Of a stretch of DNA of 64,000 nucleotides, positions 31,419-41,946 are shown in pieces; position 1 is the stretch's first letter; each line of letters opens with the position of its first letter. Both the position numbers and the translations under genes were made by a program. This DNA comes from a candidate division WOR-3 bacterium UBA5631 (GTDB lineage Bacteria; Hydrothermota; Hydrothermia; UBA1063): the NCBI GenBank assembly GCA_002421425.1, contig DIJZ01000004.1:4563-68562 (forward strand), read 5' to 3'. Below the pieces are notes generated by a model. The model had not been told where the DNA came from, did no database searches, and was given only the letters and a program-made list of their open reading frames with translations.

Positions 31419-33180
31419 GGTCCATCTCCTTTATGATTTTTTCTATTTCGTGCAAATCAGATTCAGCGAAATACTTCATCCTTGCGATCTTCTCCCAAAT
31501 TGTGCTTTTCCTTAGCTCTTTGACCGTCACTTCTTCCTTTGTGATTATCTCTTTACAAACGTCATAAAGTTTTAAAATCGCCTTCATCATAAGATACTGC
31601 TTCTTAATTGACGCAAAGGTATCTACCTCGTGAAAAGCATTCTGGTGGAGGAAGTCTTCCCTAATACTTCTTGCAATCTCAAGGAGAAGCTGATCTTCCT
31701 GAGATAGTGCTTCTGCACCCACCAGCCTTACTATTTCTTCCAGTTCTGCCTCCTTCTCGAGAATCTTCATTGATTCCAGAATCATCTCATAGAAGTCAGG
31801 AGACACATTCTTCTCATAGTATGGTCTGAGGTCCTCCCGATAAAGGGAGTAGCTTGTAAGCCAGTTAATTGCGGGGAAATGTCGCCTATAGGCAAGCTTG
31901 TCCTCAAGACTCCAAAATACTTTCACGACCCGCAGGGTCGACTGCACTACAGGGTCTGAAAGGTCTCCGCCAGGCGGTGAGACAGCACCGATAACGCTCA
32001 GAGTTCCTTCACGATCGTCCTTACCAAGGCATTTCACTCTACCTGCTCTTTCGTAGAAACTCGCAACCCTGGTTGCAAGATATGCAGGGTATCCCTCTTC
32101 TCCAGGCATTTCTTCGAGTCTCCCGGAAATTTCCCTCATGGCTTCAGCCCAGCGGGACGTCGAATCGGCCATAAGAGCAACGGAGTATCCCATATCCCTG
32201 AAATACTCAGCAATGGTGATACCTGTGTAAATTGAAGCCTCCCTCGCTGCTACAGGCATATTTGATGTATTTGCGATAAGAACGGTCCTTTTCATCAAAG
32301 GTTCACCAGAATATGGATCCTTTAGTTCGGGAAATTCAATCAGAACGTCGGTCATCTCATTACCACGTTCGCCACAGCCAATATAAACAACAATGTTTGC
32401 TTCTGACCACTTTGCAAGCTGATGCTGAATTACTGTTTTACCTGACCCAAAAGGTCCTGGTACACAGGCAGTTCCACCCTTTGCAATGGGGAAGAACGCA
32501 TCAATTACACGCTGCCCTGTAAACATTGGAACTTCAGGCAAGAATTTTTCCTTGTAAGGTCTTGGAACTCTAACGGGCCATTTCTGCATCATCCTTAGCT
32601 CGTGCACCTGCCCTTCCGAATCCCTCAGCCTTGCTACTGTTTCATCAATAGTGAAGACACCTTCTTTTATCTCAACTATTACTCCACCAATACCTGGTGG
32701 AACCATAATCCGATGCTTAACAAGAGGGGTTTCTTCGACCTCTCCGATAACATCACCTTCTACAACTTCATCACCTATTTTTACCCTCGGAACGAAAAAC
32801 CACTTTTTATCCCTTGGAAGACCTGGCACATGAATGCCTCTAGAAATAAAATCTCCAGAAAGAATCTTGATTTTGTCCAGAGGTCTCTGTATACCATCGA
32901 AAAAGGATTCTATGAGTCCAGGACCAAGTTCCACCATTAACGGGTACCCAGTACCAAACACAGGATCACCTGGTCCGAGGCCGTGGGTATCTTCATAAAC
33001 CTGAATAAAGGCCCTATCACCCTTAAGTTCAATAACCTCACCAAGAAGTTTCATTTCTCCAACATAAACCACATCATACATCTTCGTTCCCAGCATCCCT
33101 TCTGCTACTACAAGAGGTCCGGAAACTTTAACGATCCTTCCAGATTTCATTTCAAACCTCCTAAAAGATGTCAATTCCAA
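31393..33180 (-). CDS. atpA: V/A-type ATP synthase catalytic subunit A
   Basis: 595 aa; Walker [10 protein letters not shown], non-homologous insert region typical of A subunits; no intein. Confidence 0.95.
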   Translation of the reverse strand: MELTSFRRFEMKSGRIVKVSGPLVVAEGMLGTKMYDVVYVGEMKLLGEVIELKGDRAFIQVYEDTHGLGPGDPVFGTGYPLMVELGPGLIESFFDGIQRPLDKIKILSGDFISRGIHVPGLPRDKKWFFVPRVKIGDEVVEGDVIGEVEETPLVKHRIMVPPGIGGVIVEIKEGVFTIDETVARLRDSEGQVHELRMMQKWPVRVPRPYKEKFLPEVPMFTGQRVIDAFFPIAKGGTACVPGPFGSGKTVIQHQLAKWSEANIVVYIGCGERGNEMTDVLIEFPELKDPYSGEPLMKRTVLIANTSNMPVAAREASIYTGITIAEYFRDMGYSVALMADSTSRWAEAMREISGRLEEMPGEEGYPAYLATRVASFYERAGRVKCLGKDDREGTLSVIGAVSPPGGDLSDPVVQSTLRVVKVFWSLEDKLAYRRHFPAINWLTSYSLYREDLRPYYEKNVSPDFYEMILESMKILEKEAELEEIVRLVGAEALSQEDQLLLEIARSIREDFLHQNAFHEVDTFASIKKQYLMMKAILKLYDVCKEIITKEEVTVKELRKSTIWEKIARMKYFAESDLHEIEKIIKEMDHEIRQPVN

Positions 33181-33469
33181 TGGCTTTCAATAGGATACCC
33201 CGCAGTTTTTCTCTTGCCTTCCCTGTGCTGCCTCCTGCTCCTGGAATAAAGGTAATTGCGGGAGTAACTTCTTCCCTGAGACTTTCAACAATTTCTTTAA
33301 TTTGATCATAATATTCCTCTTCAACGAGAATAAGACCATAATCACCAGAAAGCAATCCCCTTAATTTCTCCTTTGCTTCCTCTCCAGAAGTGCACACCTC
33401 ATATTCCATACCTATAGCTTTGAAAGGGAAAACCGTTTCATATTTCCCCAGACAGATCACCTTCTTCAT
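33161..33469 (-). CDS. V/A-type ATP synthase subunit F
   Basis: 102 aa; position between C and A as in Thermus/Enterococcus operons; ...GLILVEE...ITFIPG. Confidence 0.8.
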   Translation of the reverse strand: MKKVICLGKYETVFPFKAIGMEYEVCTSGEEAKEKLRGLLSGDYGLILVEEEYYDQIKEIVESLREEVTPAITFIPGAGGSTGKAREKLRGILLKAIGIDIF

Positions 33470-34485
33470 AAAACCTCCGGAATGCGCTCAAGCACCAATT
33501 CCCTTGGAAGCTCATTCAATTTTGACACTATAATCATCCTCAAAAGGGCAATTTCGTTCTTCTTTTTGAAATAGTAAGCGAGTAAGGTTTCAACACCAAG
33601 GTCTTTTTTTGAAGCTTCTTTTATCAGCCCATTCAGATAATTTGCAAGGTCCCGTTCAATGCGCACGAAATTCCCAACCTTCTGATAAATTGCATAACCA
33701 GGGGCAATTACTTCATAATAGGGTGTTTGCCTTATCTCATGCAATAATGCATTAAAGTCAGACACCTTAAAAAACAGCTCAGAAGGGAGGAATCCACAGG
33801 GAAGAAGAACGGCTTTCATAATTCCCGTTCTTTCCATCCGTTCCAGTCTTAAGCAGGTTACTATGTTCTGGAGGTCCGCCTTTATAGAATAATATATTCT
33901 TAAGAATTCGATTCTGGATTCACTGCAGAAATACTTGAACATTTCGCGGTCAACTGCTGTATCAATCCGAAAAATTTCCTTTCTCTCATAGAAAGATGAA
34001 ATGGCATTTTCATAAGCCCTGGATATAGCCCCGGGGATGGTATCATATTTGCCTGCCTCAAAGGCGTGCTTCATCAAAGTAACTGGATAATATGAAAACC
34101 TCGAAAATGCACTGGAAAAATCCTTTTCGAAAATAATTGATTTCACATAGACTTTAACATTCAGAAAGTCATAAGGTAACCTCAGGTCCTCTTCGACCCA
34201 TGGATCAACGGCAAGTTCAGAAATCAATGAAAGCAACCTCTCATTCTCTCTTCTTAGTAAAACTTCGTAATCACCGGGCTTGTGTATTTCGTTAAGGTAT
34301 TTCGAATACTCTGTATCCTGTAGAAGCTTCAGGAGATCTTCAAAATCCTTTGCCGTTGAGAGCCTTTCCAGCCTCACTCTATCCATCAGTTTCGGCTCTA
34401 AAGCTCTCACTCTACCACACGCATAAGCATATTCAGGATTGTCGACTCCAAAGGAAGGATACTTCGAAAAGGGTAGTCTCAGCAT
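33466..34485 (-). CDS. V/A-type ATP synthase subunit C (eukaryotic d homologue)
   Basis: 339 aa; operon position and all-helical composition. Confidence 0.8.
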   Translation of the reverse strand: MLRLPFSKYPSFGVDNPEYAYACGRVRALEPKLMDRVRLERLSTAKDFEDLLKLLQDTEYSKYLNEIHKPGDYEVLLRRENERLLSLISELAVDPWVEEDLRLPYDFLNVKVYVKSIIFEKDFSSAFSRFSYYPVTLMKHAFEAGKYDTIPGAISRAYENAISSFYERKEIFRIDTAVDREMFKYFCSESRIEFLRIYYSIKADLQNIVTCLRLERMERTGIMKAVLLPCGFLPSELFFKVSDFNALLHEIRQTPYYEVIAPGYAIYQKVGNFVRIERDLANYLNGLIKEASKKDLGVETLLAYYFKKKNEIALLRMIIVSKLNELPRELVLERIPEVL

Positions 34486-34488
34486 ATA

Positions 34489-35064
34489 TCAGTGGAAAAG
34501 AATTTTAGAAACATGTACTTCTGTTTCCTCCTGCAATATCTCCATTATCTTCTCAAGAGAAGCGTCAACTCTAATCTTTGAGCCAATGGCAAGAAATCCA
34601 CCTTCAATGTTCGCACGCTTTTGGGAAAGTTTCAGGTTCCATCCTTTATCCCTGTTAATTTTGTCAATAAAATCTGAGGTTATCAGAGTTTCATCTTCTG
34701 AAATAACGATTTCCTCATCCCCACCAAGGTTCAGGGAATCGAACAGAAATTTCACGATAGATTCATAAATCCTGGAATCCTCCCTCACTCTCCTGAGAGC
34801 TTCCTTGTAAACACCTGAAAGAATTTCCCGTTTTGATTCTGATAGAGCAATATTGGATTTAATCACATAATCTGCAATAAGAGCATTCAGCCTTTGATTA
34901 ACTCGTTTCTGTTTCTCTTCCTCACTTTTCTTAAGGATTTCTTTGGATCTTTCCTCCGCTTCTTTGAGTATCCTGTCACGTTCTGCGATAGCTTTGTCCA
35001 GGATCTCCTGTCTCTTTAATTCCGTTTCCTCTTTAATCTTGTTTATAATTTCCTGAAGGCCCAA
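34489..35064 (-). CDS. V/A-type ATP synthase subunit E
   Basis: 191 aa; long N-terminal charged coiled coil (KEAEERSKEILKKSEEEKQKR) plus globular C-terminus. Confidence 0.8.
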   Translation of the reverse strand: MGLQEIINKIKEETELKRQEILDKAIAERDRILKEAEERSKEILKKSEEEKQKRVNQRLNALIADYVIKSNIALSESKREILSGVYKEALRRVREDSRIYESIVKFLFDSLNLGGDEEIVISEDETLITSDFIDKINRDKGWNLKLSQKRANIEGGFLAIGSKIRVDASLEKIMEILQEETEVHVSKILFH

Positions 35065-35074
35065 ATCCGCCCCC

Positions 35075-35545
35075 TTAGATCTTTATGCCCAGAAGTAAGA
35101 AAATAGTAGCCAGAAGTCCCAGAACCGCATAGGTCTCCACGAGACCGGCATAAATCACAGGTTGCATAGAAGCTTCTGGCTTTTTCGCAGCCATTTCTAC
35201 GCCTGCGGTACAAACCTTCCCCTGATGTATAGCAGAGAAGAAACCAAGAAGTGTTATTGGCACTGTGGCAAGAAGTATCTGAAGGCCCTGCATTGTATCC
35301 AGAGATTTGACCTCTCCCAAAAGACCTACTCTAATAATGACAAGGAGAGCTGAAATGAAGCCATAAAACCCCTGGGTACCCGGAAGAGCAACAAGCAAAA
35401 ACAGCCTTCCAAACTTGTCCGGATCCTCTGAAAGCACGCCCGCAGCTGCTCTTGCCGTTGTTCCTACACCTATAGCTGATCCAAGGCCGGGTAAAAATGT
35501 TGCCAGGCCAGCTCCTAGAATTGACAACCAGAGTCCTGTACTCAA
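35075..35545 (-). CDS. V/A-type ATP synthase subunit K (16-kDa proteolipid c), Na+-binding signature
   Basis: 156 aa, 4 TM; PGTQGFYGF, SAIHQGK and GLVETYA match the Na+-coordinating T/Q/Y, Q and E of Enterococcus hirae NtpK. Confidence 0.9.
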   Translation of the reverse strand: MSTGLWLSILGAGLATFLPGLGSAIGVGTTARAAAGVLSEDPDKFGRLFLLVALPGTQGFYGFISALLVIIRVGLLGEVKSLDTMQGLQILLATVPITLLGFFSAIHQGKVCTAGVEMAAKKPEASMQPVIYAGLVETYAVLGLLATIFLLLGIKI

Positions 35546-35548
35546 TTT

Positions 35549-37519
35549 TTAAACCTCCTGTTTTATATTTTCTGTAATTTCTGTGAACTTTCCTACCCAT
35601 CTCAAAGGATCGAAGGGTTTTCCACCATCGTCATAAAATTGCTTGAAAAATTCAACATACTGAAGACGCAATGGGTGTACAATGGAACCAAGAATATTGA
35701 TGAACACGCTAAACAGGTGCCCAAAAATGAAAACGACGGGCGCAAGTACGTACTTTGCCACAGGTATCTGCCATACAAGAAGGGTCAGAATATTGATTGC
35801 CATAGCGATCCCTGATGAAGTCATACCAAGGGCCATTAAACGAACATAGGAAAGAAGGTCTCCAATAAATCCCACCCCATTGTACACATTGTAAGCACCT
35901 TTGACTATTCTAATTATGAAATTACGGCTTCTTGCTGAACTGAACAACACCATCATACCTATGAAAAATAAAATAAGGATAGTGGTAAGTGCATTCAGAA
36001 ACGGTGAGTTAACTCTACTCGCCAAAGCTGCTTTGTACAGCAAAGATAGAAGGATTATAATCCAGGCCACTGGTTGAGATACGGCACCGATCACGTCACC
36101 ATCCTTAATCCTCTTATATGCATTAACTCCAAGTCCAACCAGAACCTGAACAAATCCAAGGGCAATTGTTAGTCCGAAGAACACCAGCACATCTTCCATG
36201 GGGTCAAAAAGCATGAGTTTCTTTCTGAAGGCATTGAGTTGTGTCCAATTAGCCCTTTCCAGAAAATCTCCAAACCAACCCCCTGTTAACGCTCCAAATA
36301 CCATAGAAAGAATCCCTCCTGCAATGAGGATCCAGAGAAGGCCAGCAGAGATCTTAAGTTTCTTCATAATTAAATACGAAAGCACAGCAAGTATAAGACC
36401 ATATGCGGCATCACCAAAGCAAATTCCGAAAAATAGAATAAAAAATGGAGTTATCAACACAGTAGGGTCTGGGTCAGTGACGGAGGGAAGTCCATACATC
36501 CTTACCAGGCCCTCGAAGGGTTTGAAAGCCTTTTTGTTTTCGATGAACACGGGAGCAGTTTCTCCGTCTAACGGCGCAACAATTTCAAAAAAAGCGCTCC
36601 TGAAATTTGAGAATACTCTTTCTAGCCTTTGAATATCCGATTTCTTCACATAGCCTGTATAATGGGCAATCTGAGATGTCTTCAAGCCCTTATTATCAGT
36701 AAGCTCCCTGTGAAGCAAACTCTCGTAGTAGTCATGAAGGATAAGCAGCTTTTCGTAATTTCCTGAAATTTTCGCAATCACATCCTTTAAACCCCTCTTC
36801 TCCTCTTCAAGGCGCTTTAGATTCTCTTCAATTCCTTTAAGGATGTCTACAGGTTTACCAAAGTAGCCGTGGAACTCAACCTGTTCAAACTCTTTCTCCT
36901 GAAGGAATGCCCGCGCAGAATCTTCATCGTGCTTGTGATACACCACAACAACGTAAGCACGTTTCCCGTCGTCAGAGCTCAGTTCATAACAAAGCGGACT
37001 ATTCTCAAAGAATATCAGGTTTTTCGATGGAACAGATCCTGGGAGAATAACAATATCATCTCCGCTTTTTATTGTCTCCAAATCGTAGTCAAGATTAATC
37101 CAAGGATAAATGAAATCTCTCTGCGCCTTTAAGTTTGACTCTTCCTGATGTAACTGATTCAATTCCTGCTCGAGGGTCTCAACCTGCAATAAGAGTGAGC
37201 CCGGTTCTACACAATTTGCAATTCTAAAAAATTCTTCTCTTTCAATTTTATGCTTCTGCTCATATAGACTCTCAACAAAACTCTTTTTCCTCGCGAAAGG
37301 CTCAAGAAATTTAATGGCATTCTTGAGTCTCAAAACCACACCCTCAAGGTGGGATTCATACTCTGCCTCTACGGGGTGTGAAGTTTCAAATTCCTCTCTC
37401 AAATCCTGTTTAATTTCGACAAAGTGGAGCAAACCTTCATCCTGAAGGATGGACAACAGTTTTTCCCTTTCAGAATAGTGAACATAAACTGCGACCTTTT
37501 CAAGCGGTATCTTCGCCAT
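35549..37519 (-). CDS. V/A-type ATP synthase subunit I (a)
   Basis: 656 aa; hydrophilic N-terminal half, C-terminal multi-TM domain; operon position. Confidence 0.9.
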   Translation of the reverse strand: MAKIPLEKVAVYVHYSEREKLLSILQDEGLLHFVEIKQDLREEFETSHPVEAEYESHLEGVVLRLKNAIKFLEPFARKKSFVESLYEQKHKIEREEFFRIANCVEPGSLLLQVETLEQELNQLHQEESNLKAQRDFIYPWINLDYDLETIKSGDDIVILPGSVPSKNLIFFENSPLCYELSSDDGKRAYVVVVYHKHDEDSARAFLQEKEFEQVEFHGYFGKPVDILKGIEENLKRLEEEKRGLKDVIAKISGNYEKLLILHDYYESLLHRELTDNKGLKTSQIAHYTGYVKKSDIQRLERVFSNFRSAFFEIVAPLDGETAPVFIENKKAFKPFEGLVRMYGLPSVTDPDPTVLITPFFILFFGICFGDAAYGLILAVLSYLIMKKLKISAGLLWILIAGGILSMVFGALTGGWFGDFLERANWTQLNAFRKKLMLFDPMEDVLVFFGLTIALGFVQVLVGLGVNAYKRIKDGDVIGAVSQPVAWIIILLSLLYKAALASRVNSPFLNALTTILILFFIGMMVLFSSARSRNFIIRIVKGAYNVYNGVGFIGDLLSYVRLMALGMTSSGIAMAINILTLLVWQIPVAKYVLAPVVFIFGHLFSVFINILGSIVHPLRLQYVEFFKQFYDDGGKPFDPLRWVGKFTEITENIKQEV

Positions 37520-37520
37520 T

Positions 37521-37826
37521 TCAATAAAGTTTACTGATCAAAAAATCAACTGCTGTATCCTGCTGCTTTTCGGCCCTCTTTCGTAGCTCTGCAATTTTCT
37601 TGCTGAACTCTTTCTCAAGCTCCTGAATCCTTGACTGTGCGATTGCCCGGGCTTCAGGTTCAACCTGGCTAAGCATCTCTTTTCTTTTGATCTGAGCGTC
37701 TTCGATAATCTTCGAAGCAATTCTGTGAGCTTCTTGAATAATTTTCATCGCTTCTTCCTGGGTTCTTTTGATAGTCTCTTCGGATTCCTTTTCTGCGGCT
37801 TTGATCCTTTTAATAACGTCTTCCAT
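37521..37826 (-). CDS. V/A-type ATP synthase subunit G/H (peripheral stalk); start at second ATG
   Basis: Charged coiled-coil 101 aa. AGGAGG RBS 5 nt before ATG 37826. The upstream ATG 37841 lies only 3 nt from the -10 (37844-37849), so it is unlikely to be the start. Confidence 0.7.
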   Translation of the reverse strand: MEDVIKRIKAAEKESEETIKRTQEEAMKIIQEAHRIASKIIEDAQIKRKEMLSQVEPEARAIAQSRIQELEKEFSKKIAELRKRAEKQQDTAVDFLISKLY

Positions 37827-37843
37827 GGAACCTCCTGCCATAT

Positions 37844-37872
37844 ATTTTAATTCAGACTATCAGAAAATGCAA
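37844..37872 (-). promoter_or_regulatory. candidate promoter of V-ATPase operon (-35 TTGCAT, 17 nt, -10 TAAAAT)
   Basis: read on minus strand directly upstream of the G-subunit gene. Confidence 0.4.
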
Positions 37873-38047
37873 AGATACTGCATAAGGAAGCGAAAATCTG
37901 CTTTTGAGCTACTAACTTTCTCTGAACGTTCACCCTTGGAAGTGATATGATAGAGTCATTGCGTACTATTGTGACATATTACCTTGTGGCTCCCTGTGGC
38001 AAAAGGAAGAATTATGTCCACTGAACGGAAAGGACCGAGATAATGAA

Positions 38048-41000
38048 TTGAAAACCTGCACAGTTCAAATTGAAGTTTCCACAACATCAGAACATCTCTT
38101 TGAATTTTTTAAAACAACCTTCCATAATGATAGTATGTTCAAAGTGATTTTTATATTCCTTATTGGCGGGACTGCAAAAATCGCTTTTTTACACCACGGA
38201 AACCAGCATTTCTCAGACAACGGAAACTATGCACTACGGCCTGGAGACTATGGATACAACGGCAACTCTTACCACAGAATTCTTGATACCCATGAATATT
38301 ACAATTGCCCGGTGGATATACACATCTCCGGAACTCTCACGCAATCCTTTACGTTCCTGCAGAATGATCGTGGACTAATCCAGCGATTGAAAAATAGCAG
38401 TTTCGTTTACATCACAGGCGGCACCTATGCTGAACACATAATGCCTTATGTGGATAGTGTAATAAACAGATTTTCACTACGTTATGCAAAGACGGTTTAT
38501 TCAGAAGTCCTGAACGGTAATGGATGGATTGACTATCCCGATGTCCTATGGATTCCGGAAAGGGTGTTTAAATCGGAATCTATGATGCCTTATTCTCTGG
38601 TAAAAATCCTCAATGAAGAATACGGTAAATTTGATTCTCAGGGAAGATACCTTGCCCCATGTATAGTACTTGACGATAATGTCCACAGCTGGTACGCTCA
38701 TTCATACCCTGATGGGACACCTTGTAACAACTCACGAAAAGTACACATTATGTATGACACTCAGGGTAATTATGTTTACGTCGTTTTCATCCAGAGGACC
38801 GCACGAGATCAAATGGTCTGGAATGATATTTCCAATCCATCAAATCCTCTTCACCAGATGTTAGCAAGTCTCTCCAATGATCCAGACCAGGAACAAATAG
38901 TCTTATACGGAGATGATTGGGAAAAAGCAGCAGGAGTTGCAGGATGGGATTTTGGCCATCCGGGTGTCCCGGCAACAAGCTACGATTCAAATATTAGATT
39001 TATCAAGAACCAGAACTGGGTTCAACCTGTCCACATAGCTGAAGTTGTAAAATGGTGGGGCGTTGATAAGCTGTTCGATGCAGATCCCTTAAATGACCCC
39101 CCAACTATTAACATCCATTATGCTACTTACCAGGAGCTGCACGACTGGACGGGAGGGAGTTACGACAACTGGTATAATAATTTCAAAAACTCTCAGGCCT
39201 GGGGATGCGCTGGAGGGCCCGATTTGAATGGCAATGGAATTAGTGGAGACTACGAAGATGTGTGGAAGTTCGCATGTGAGCAGCTGATGGCCGCTCCAGA
39301 TAATGAAATCTCAAAGCTGGGATGGATTACCCTGTCTTCCATGCTTTACGAAACTGCCTGGCATACAGGACCTGGTGGGGAACTCGTGTATTGGGGAAAG
39401 AATTTATGGAACCACACGCGATATGGGGGAATATTTGCTTTCGGCGCTCAGTGGCTAAACACACTCAGATTCCAGGACCATGCTTCAATTGACAGCGCAG
39501 ATCTCGATGCAGATGGAGTTCTCGAATACGCTCTATATAACGACAAAATATGCCTTGTCTTTGACAAACGCGGTGGAAGAGCTCTTTCCGTATTTACCGC
39601 TGACGGAGAATGCGTGGTGGGTAACCTTATGACAAACTGGAATGGCGAAGGAGACTTTTATGAAGGCGCACATCCTGGAGCTTTCAACGAAACACAGGGA
39701 GAAAACTCTTTATTCTCAGTCCAAACAGGTTACCTGGGAGATACGGCAGTCATTACCTTTCAGGAACAGTACAACTGGCGAGGAAGCGCTGAATCGGACA
39801 TACTAAAAACCCTTACCCTTGTTCCAGGAAAAGCATATGTAAAGCTTAGCTACAATTCAAATTATACAAACTGGACAAAAGTTGCAGTTACACCTTCCAT
39901 TTCGAAGCAATTGCAAATAGGATATAATCTTCAACCGCTATATGGAATCAGTCAGAACGGGTGGAGCTATGCAGGTTATGAAAGCCTTTACGATTCAACT
40001 AAAGCAGTCTTTGTTTATCCATCGGGACAGGGATTAATTTTTAACTTCCTCGGAAGGATGGCTTCAGGTGCAGAATTAATAGAACTGGGAGGCCGTTCAG
40101 GCAGCTATTCTTTCTATTTCTATGCTGGAAAAGGAGACCCTGAAATTGATGTCCCCGGTCCGGGAGACCTTGAAGGGCCAAGGATCTGGAATACCACTTT
40201 TTCGCCAAATGAAAATATACTTCAAACAGATAGCGTCCTGGTAACTTCCACCATAATGGACCCATCAGGGATCCAGGGGGCGTGGGTAAGATATACACAC
40301 AATAACTGGCAAAGTTACTCCGACCTTCAGATGTTCCCTGACGATGGAAATCTCAGAGATTACAACAACAACGGAGTGGCGGACCCAAATTTGTATGGAG
40401 TTTTTATCCCTCCATATCCAACCGGTACGAGAGTTTTCTTTGCTATTTGTGCCCGGGATGGTTCCACCGCTCACAACGAGTCCTGGGACAATAACAATGG
40501 CAATAATTACTCATACACTGTCGGATTTCAGGATTTCATTATGGATGGAGAACTGGACAGGATTGCATGGCTCTTCGCTGAAAATCCAGGAATGCACCTC
40601 TATGGATACTACGACGAAAACCTAAGAAAACTTTACCTTGCCACTGAAGCTGCGGGAAATGCAACCTCCGGACAGTCTGGAAATTTTTTCAACGATCACT
40701 TCATATTTCTTTCCTTTAATCCATCGACTATGGTGGCCGCGCCATGGGCAAAATCAGGACAAGTAGGAAGATTCCATCTGTTCCTGGCTGACGAGGACAA
40801 TAACAACTTCGCAGGGTGGTTTGATTCAACTGGCAATCTGATAAGCGATTCTGTACACTTCCATTGTGCTTCTTCCATTTCAGATCTCGGATATCTGGAA
40901 GGGGTAGTAGATCTCTCAATTTTCGAAAATCATTATTCACTGGACTCCATATTCATTGCAGTAGGATCTTATGCAACTCAGGATGGGGGTTCTCTTCAGT

Positions 41001-41353
41001 GGCAGGTCCCTCGACCGACAAATCCAAATGGGCACATAGAACTTTCAGAATTCTTTATACTGCACTTGAATTCCACAGAAGTCGTCGATTCTTTTAACAC
41101 TCCGAGGGTCGTGCTGAACACAATTGTTATGGAAAATGAGCTTAAGATTCTTCTACTGGGTTCAGAAAATCCTGAGATATTTCTCAGTATCTACGATGTA
41201 TCAGGCAGGCGAGTGCGATTTGCTAAGGTTTCAGCTCAAAAAAAAGAGTCAACGGTATCAGTCTCTTTAAATAACATAAAAGGCGGTGTATACTTTTTAG
41301 AATGTAAATTTGATGCGAAAGTAATTTTGAAGAAGTTTGTCAAAGTGAGATGA
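38048..41353 (+). CDS. secreted carbohydrate-active-enzyme-like protein with C-terminal T9SS (Por) sorting domain; probable start at ATG 38135
   Basis: C-terminus LSIYDVSGRRV...GGVYFLECKFDAKVILKKFVKVR matches the Por secretion tail. Signal-like MFKVIFIFLIGGTAKIAF begins at 38135. N-terminal FLHHGNQH...DTHEYY suggests a metal-dependent glycoside hydrolase fold (family not assignable by eye). Confidence 0.7.
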   Translation: MKTCTVQIEVSTTSEHLFEFFKTTFHNDSMFKVIFIFLIGGTAKIAFLHHGNQHFSDNGNYALRPGDYGYNGNSYHRILDTHEYYNCPVDIHISGTLTQSFTFLQNDRGLIQRLKNSSFVYITGGTYAEHIMPYVDSVINRFSLRYAKTVYSEVLNGNGWIDYPDVLWIPERVFKSESMMPYSLVKILNEEYGKFDSQGRYLAPCIVLDDNVHSWYAHSYPDGTPCNNSRKVHIMYDTQGNYVYVVFIQRTARDQMVWNDISNPSNPLHQMLASLSNDPDQEQIVLYGDDWEKAAGVAGWDFGHPGVPATSYDSNIRFIKNQNWVQPVHIAEVVKWWGVDKLFDADPLNDPPTINIHYATYQELHDWTGGSYDNWYNNFKNSQAWGCAGGPDLNGNGISGDYEDVWKFACEQLMAAPDNEISKLGWITLSSMLYETAWHTGPGGELVYWGKNLWNHTRYGGIFAFGAQWLNTLRFQDHASIDSADLDADGVLEYALYNDKICLVFDKRGGRALSVFTADGECVVGNLMTNWNGEGDFYEGAHPGAFNETQGENSLFSVQTGYLGDTAVITFQEQYNWRGSAESDILKTLTLVPGKAYVKLSYNSNYTNWTKVAVTPSISKQLQIGYNLQPLYGISQNGWSYAGYESLYDSTKAVFVYPSGQGLIFNFLGRMASGAELIELGGRSGSYSFYFYAGKGDPEIDVPGPGDLEGPRIWNTTFSPNENILQTDSVLVTSTIMDPSGIQGAWVRYTHNNWQSYSDLQMFPDDGNLRDYNNNGVADPNLYGVFIPPYPTGTRVFFAICARDGSTAHNESWDNNNGNNYSYTVGFQDFIMDGELDRIAWLFAENPGMHLYGYYDENLRKLYLATEAAGNATSGQSGNFFNDHFIFLSFNPSTMVAAPWAKSGQVGRFHLFLADEDNNNFAGWFDSTGNLISDSVHFHCASSISDLGYLEGVVDLSIFENHYSLDSIFIAVGSYATQDGGSLQWQVPRPTNPNGHIELSEFFILHLNSTEVVDSFNTPRVVLNTIVMENELKILLLGSENPEIFLSIYDVSGRRVRFAKVSAQKKESTVSVSLNNIKGGVYFLECKFDAKVILKKFVKVR

Positions 41354-41946
41354 AAAAGAATATACCGAATCTGATTACAATACTCAGGGTGCTTCTTAGT
41401 TTCTTAACGCTGTTTTTACTGGATCAAGCAAGGTACACAACCACGTTTTTAGCGTGTATTTTCATTGTGGTAATAATATTCACCGACTTTCTGGATGGCT
41501 TCCTGGCAAGAAAGTTTGGAGTAGAATCAGAAATAGGTGCAATTCTCGATATCACCGGTGACAGGATTGTTGAATTCATTTTCTGGATATTCTTTGCAGT
41601 AAAAGGCCTTCTATCTTTCTGGTTTCCTGTCATTGTAATTTCAAGGGATGTACTTGTTGACACGGTGAGGCAATCTGCCTTCAAACAGGGCGTAAAACCT
41701 TACGAAATTCACTCTAATAAGATTGCAAGGTTTGTTGTAACATCAGGGTATTTCAGGACAGGCTACGCACTTGCAAAAGCCGTTGCGTTTACCCTTCTTG
41801 GAATAGATCTGCTCACCATTCATGGAAAATTGAACTTTTCAATTCACTCAGTTGCACTTGGGTTTGCCTGGCTTGCACTGATTATATGCCTTGTACGTGG
41901 ACTTCCTGTAATTCTTGAAGCATGGCCTTATCTGAAAAACAAATGA
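41350..41946 (+). CDS. CDP-alcohol phosphatidyltransferase family protein
   Basis: 198 aa; motif DFLDGFLARKFGVESEIGAILDITGDRI (D-G-x2-A-R...G-x3-D-x3-D); ATGA overlap with upstream stop. Confidence 0.85.
   Translation: MKKNIPNLITILRVLLSFLTLFLLDQARYTTTFLACIFIVVIIFTDFLDGFLARKFGVESEIGAILDITGDRIVEFIFWIFFAVKGLLSFWFPVIVISRDVLVDTVRQSAFKQGVKPYEIHSNKIARFVVTSGYFRTGYALAKAVAFTLLGIDLLTIHGKLNFSIHSVALGFAWLALIICLVRGLPVILEAWPYLKNK

Noticed and set aside
35331-35600. 89-aa ORF spanning the V-ATPase K/I junction
   Set aside because: Out-of-frame overlap of two confidently identified subunit genes.
36198-36632. 144-aa antisense ORF (and similar: 30450-30938, 26824-27162, 15360-15644, 16176-16792, 21293-21598)
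   Set aside because: These are embedded opposite well-supported long genes, have low-complexity composition and no RBS; typical shadow ORFs.
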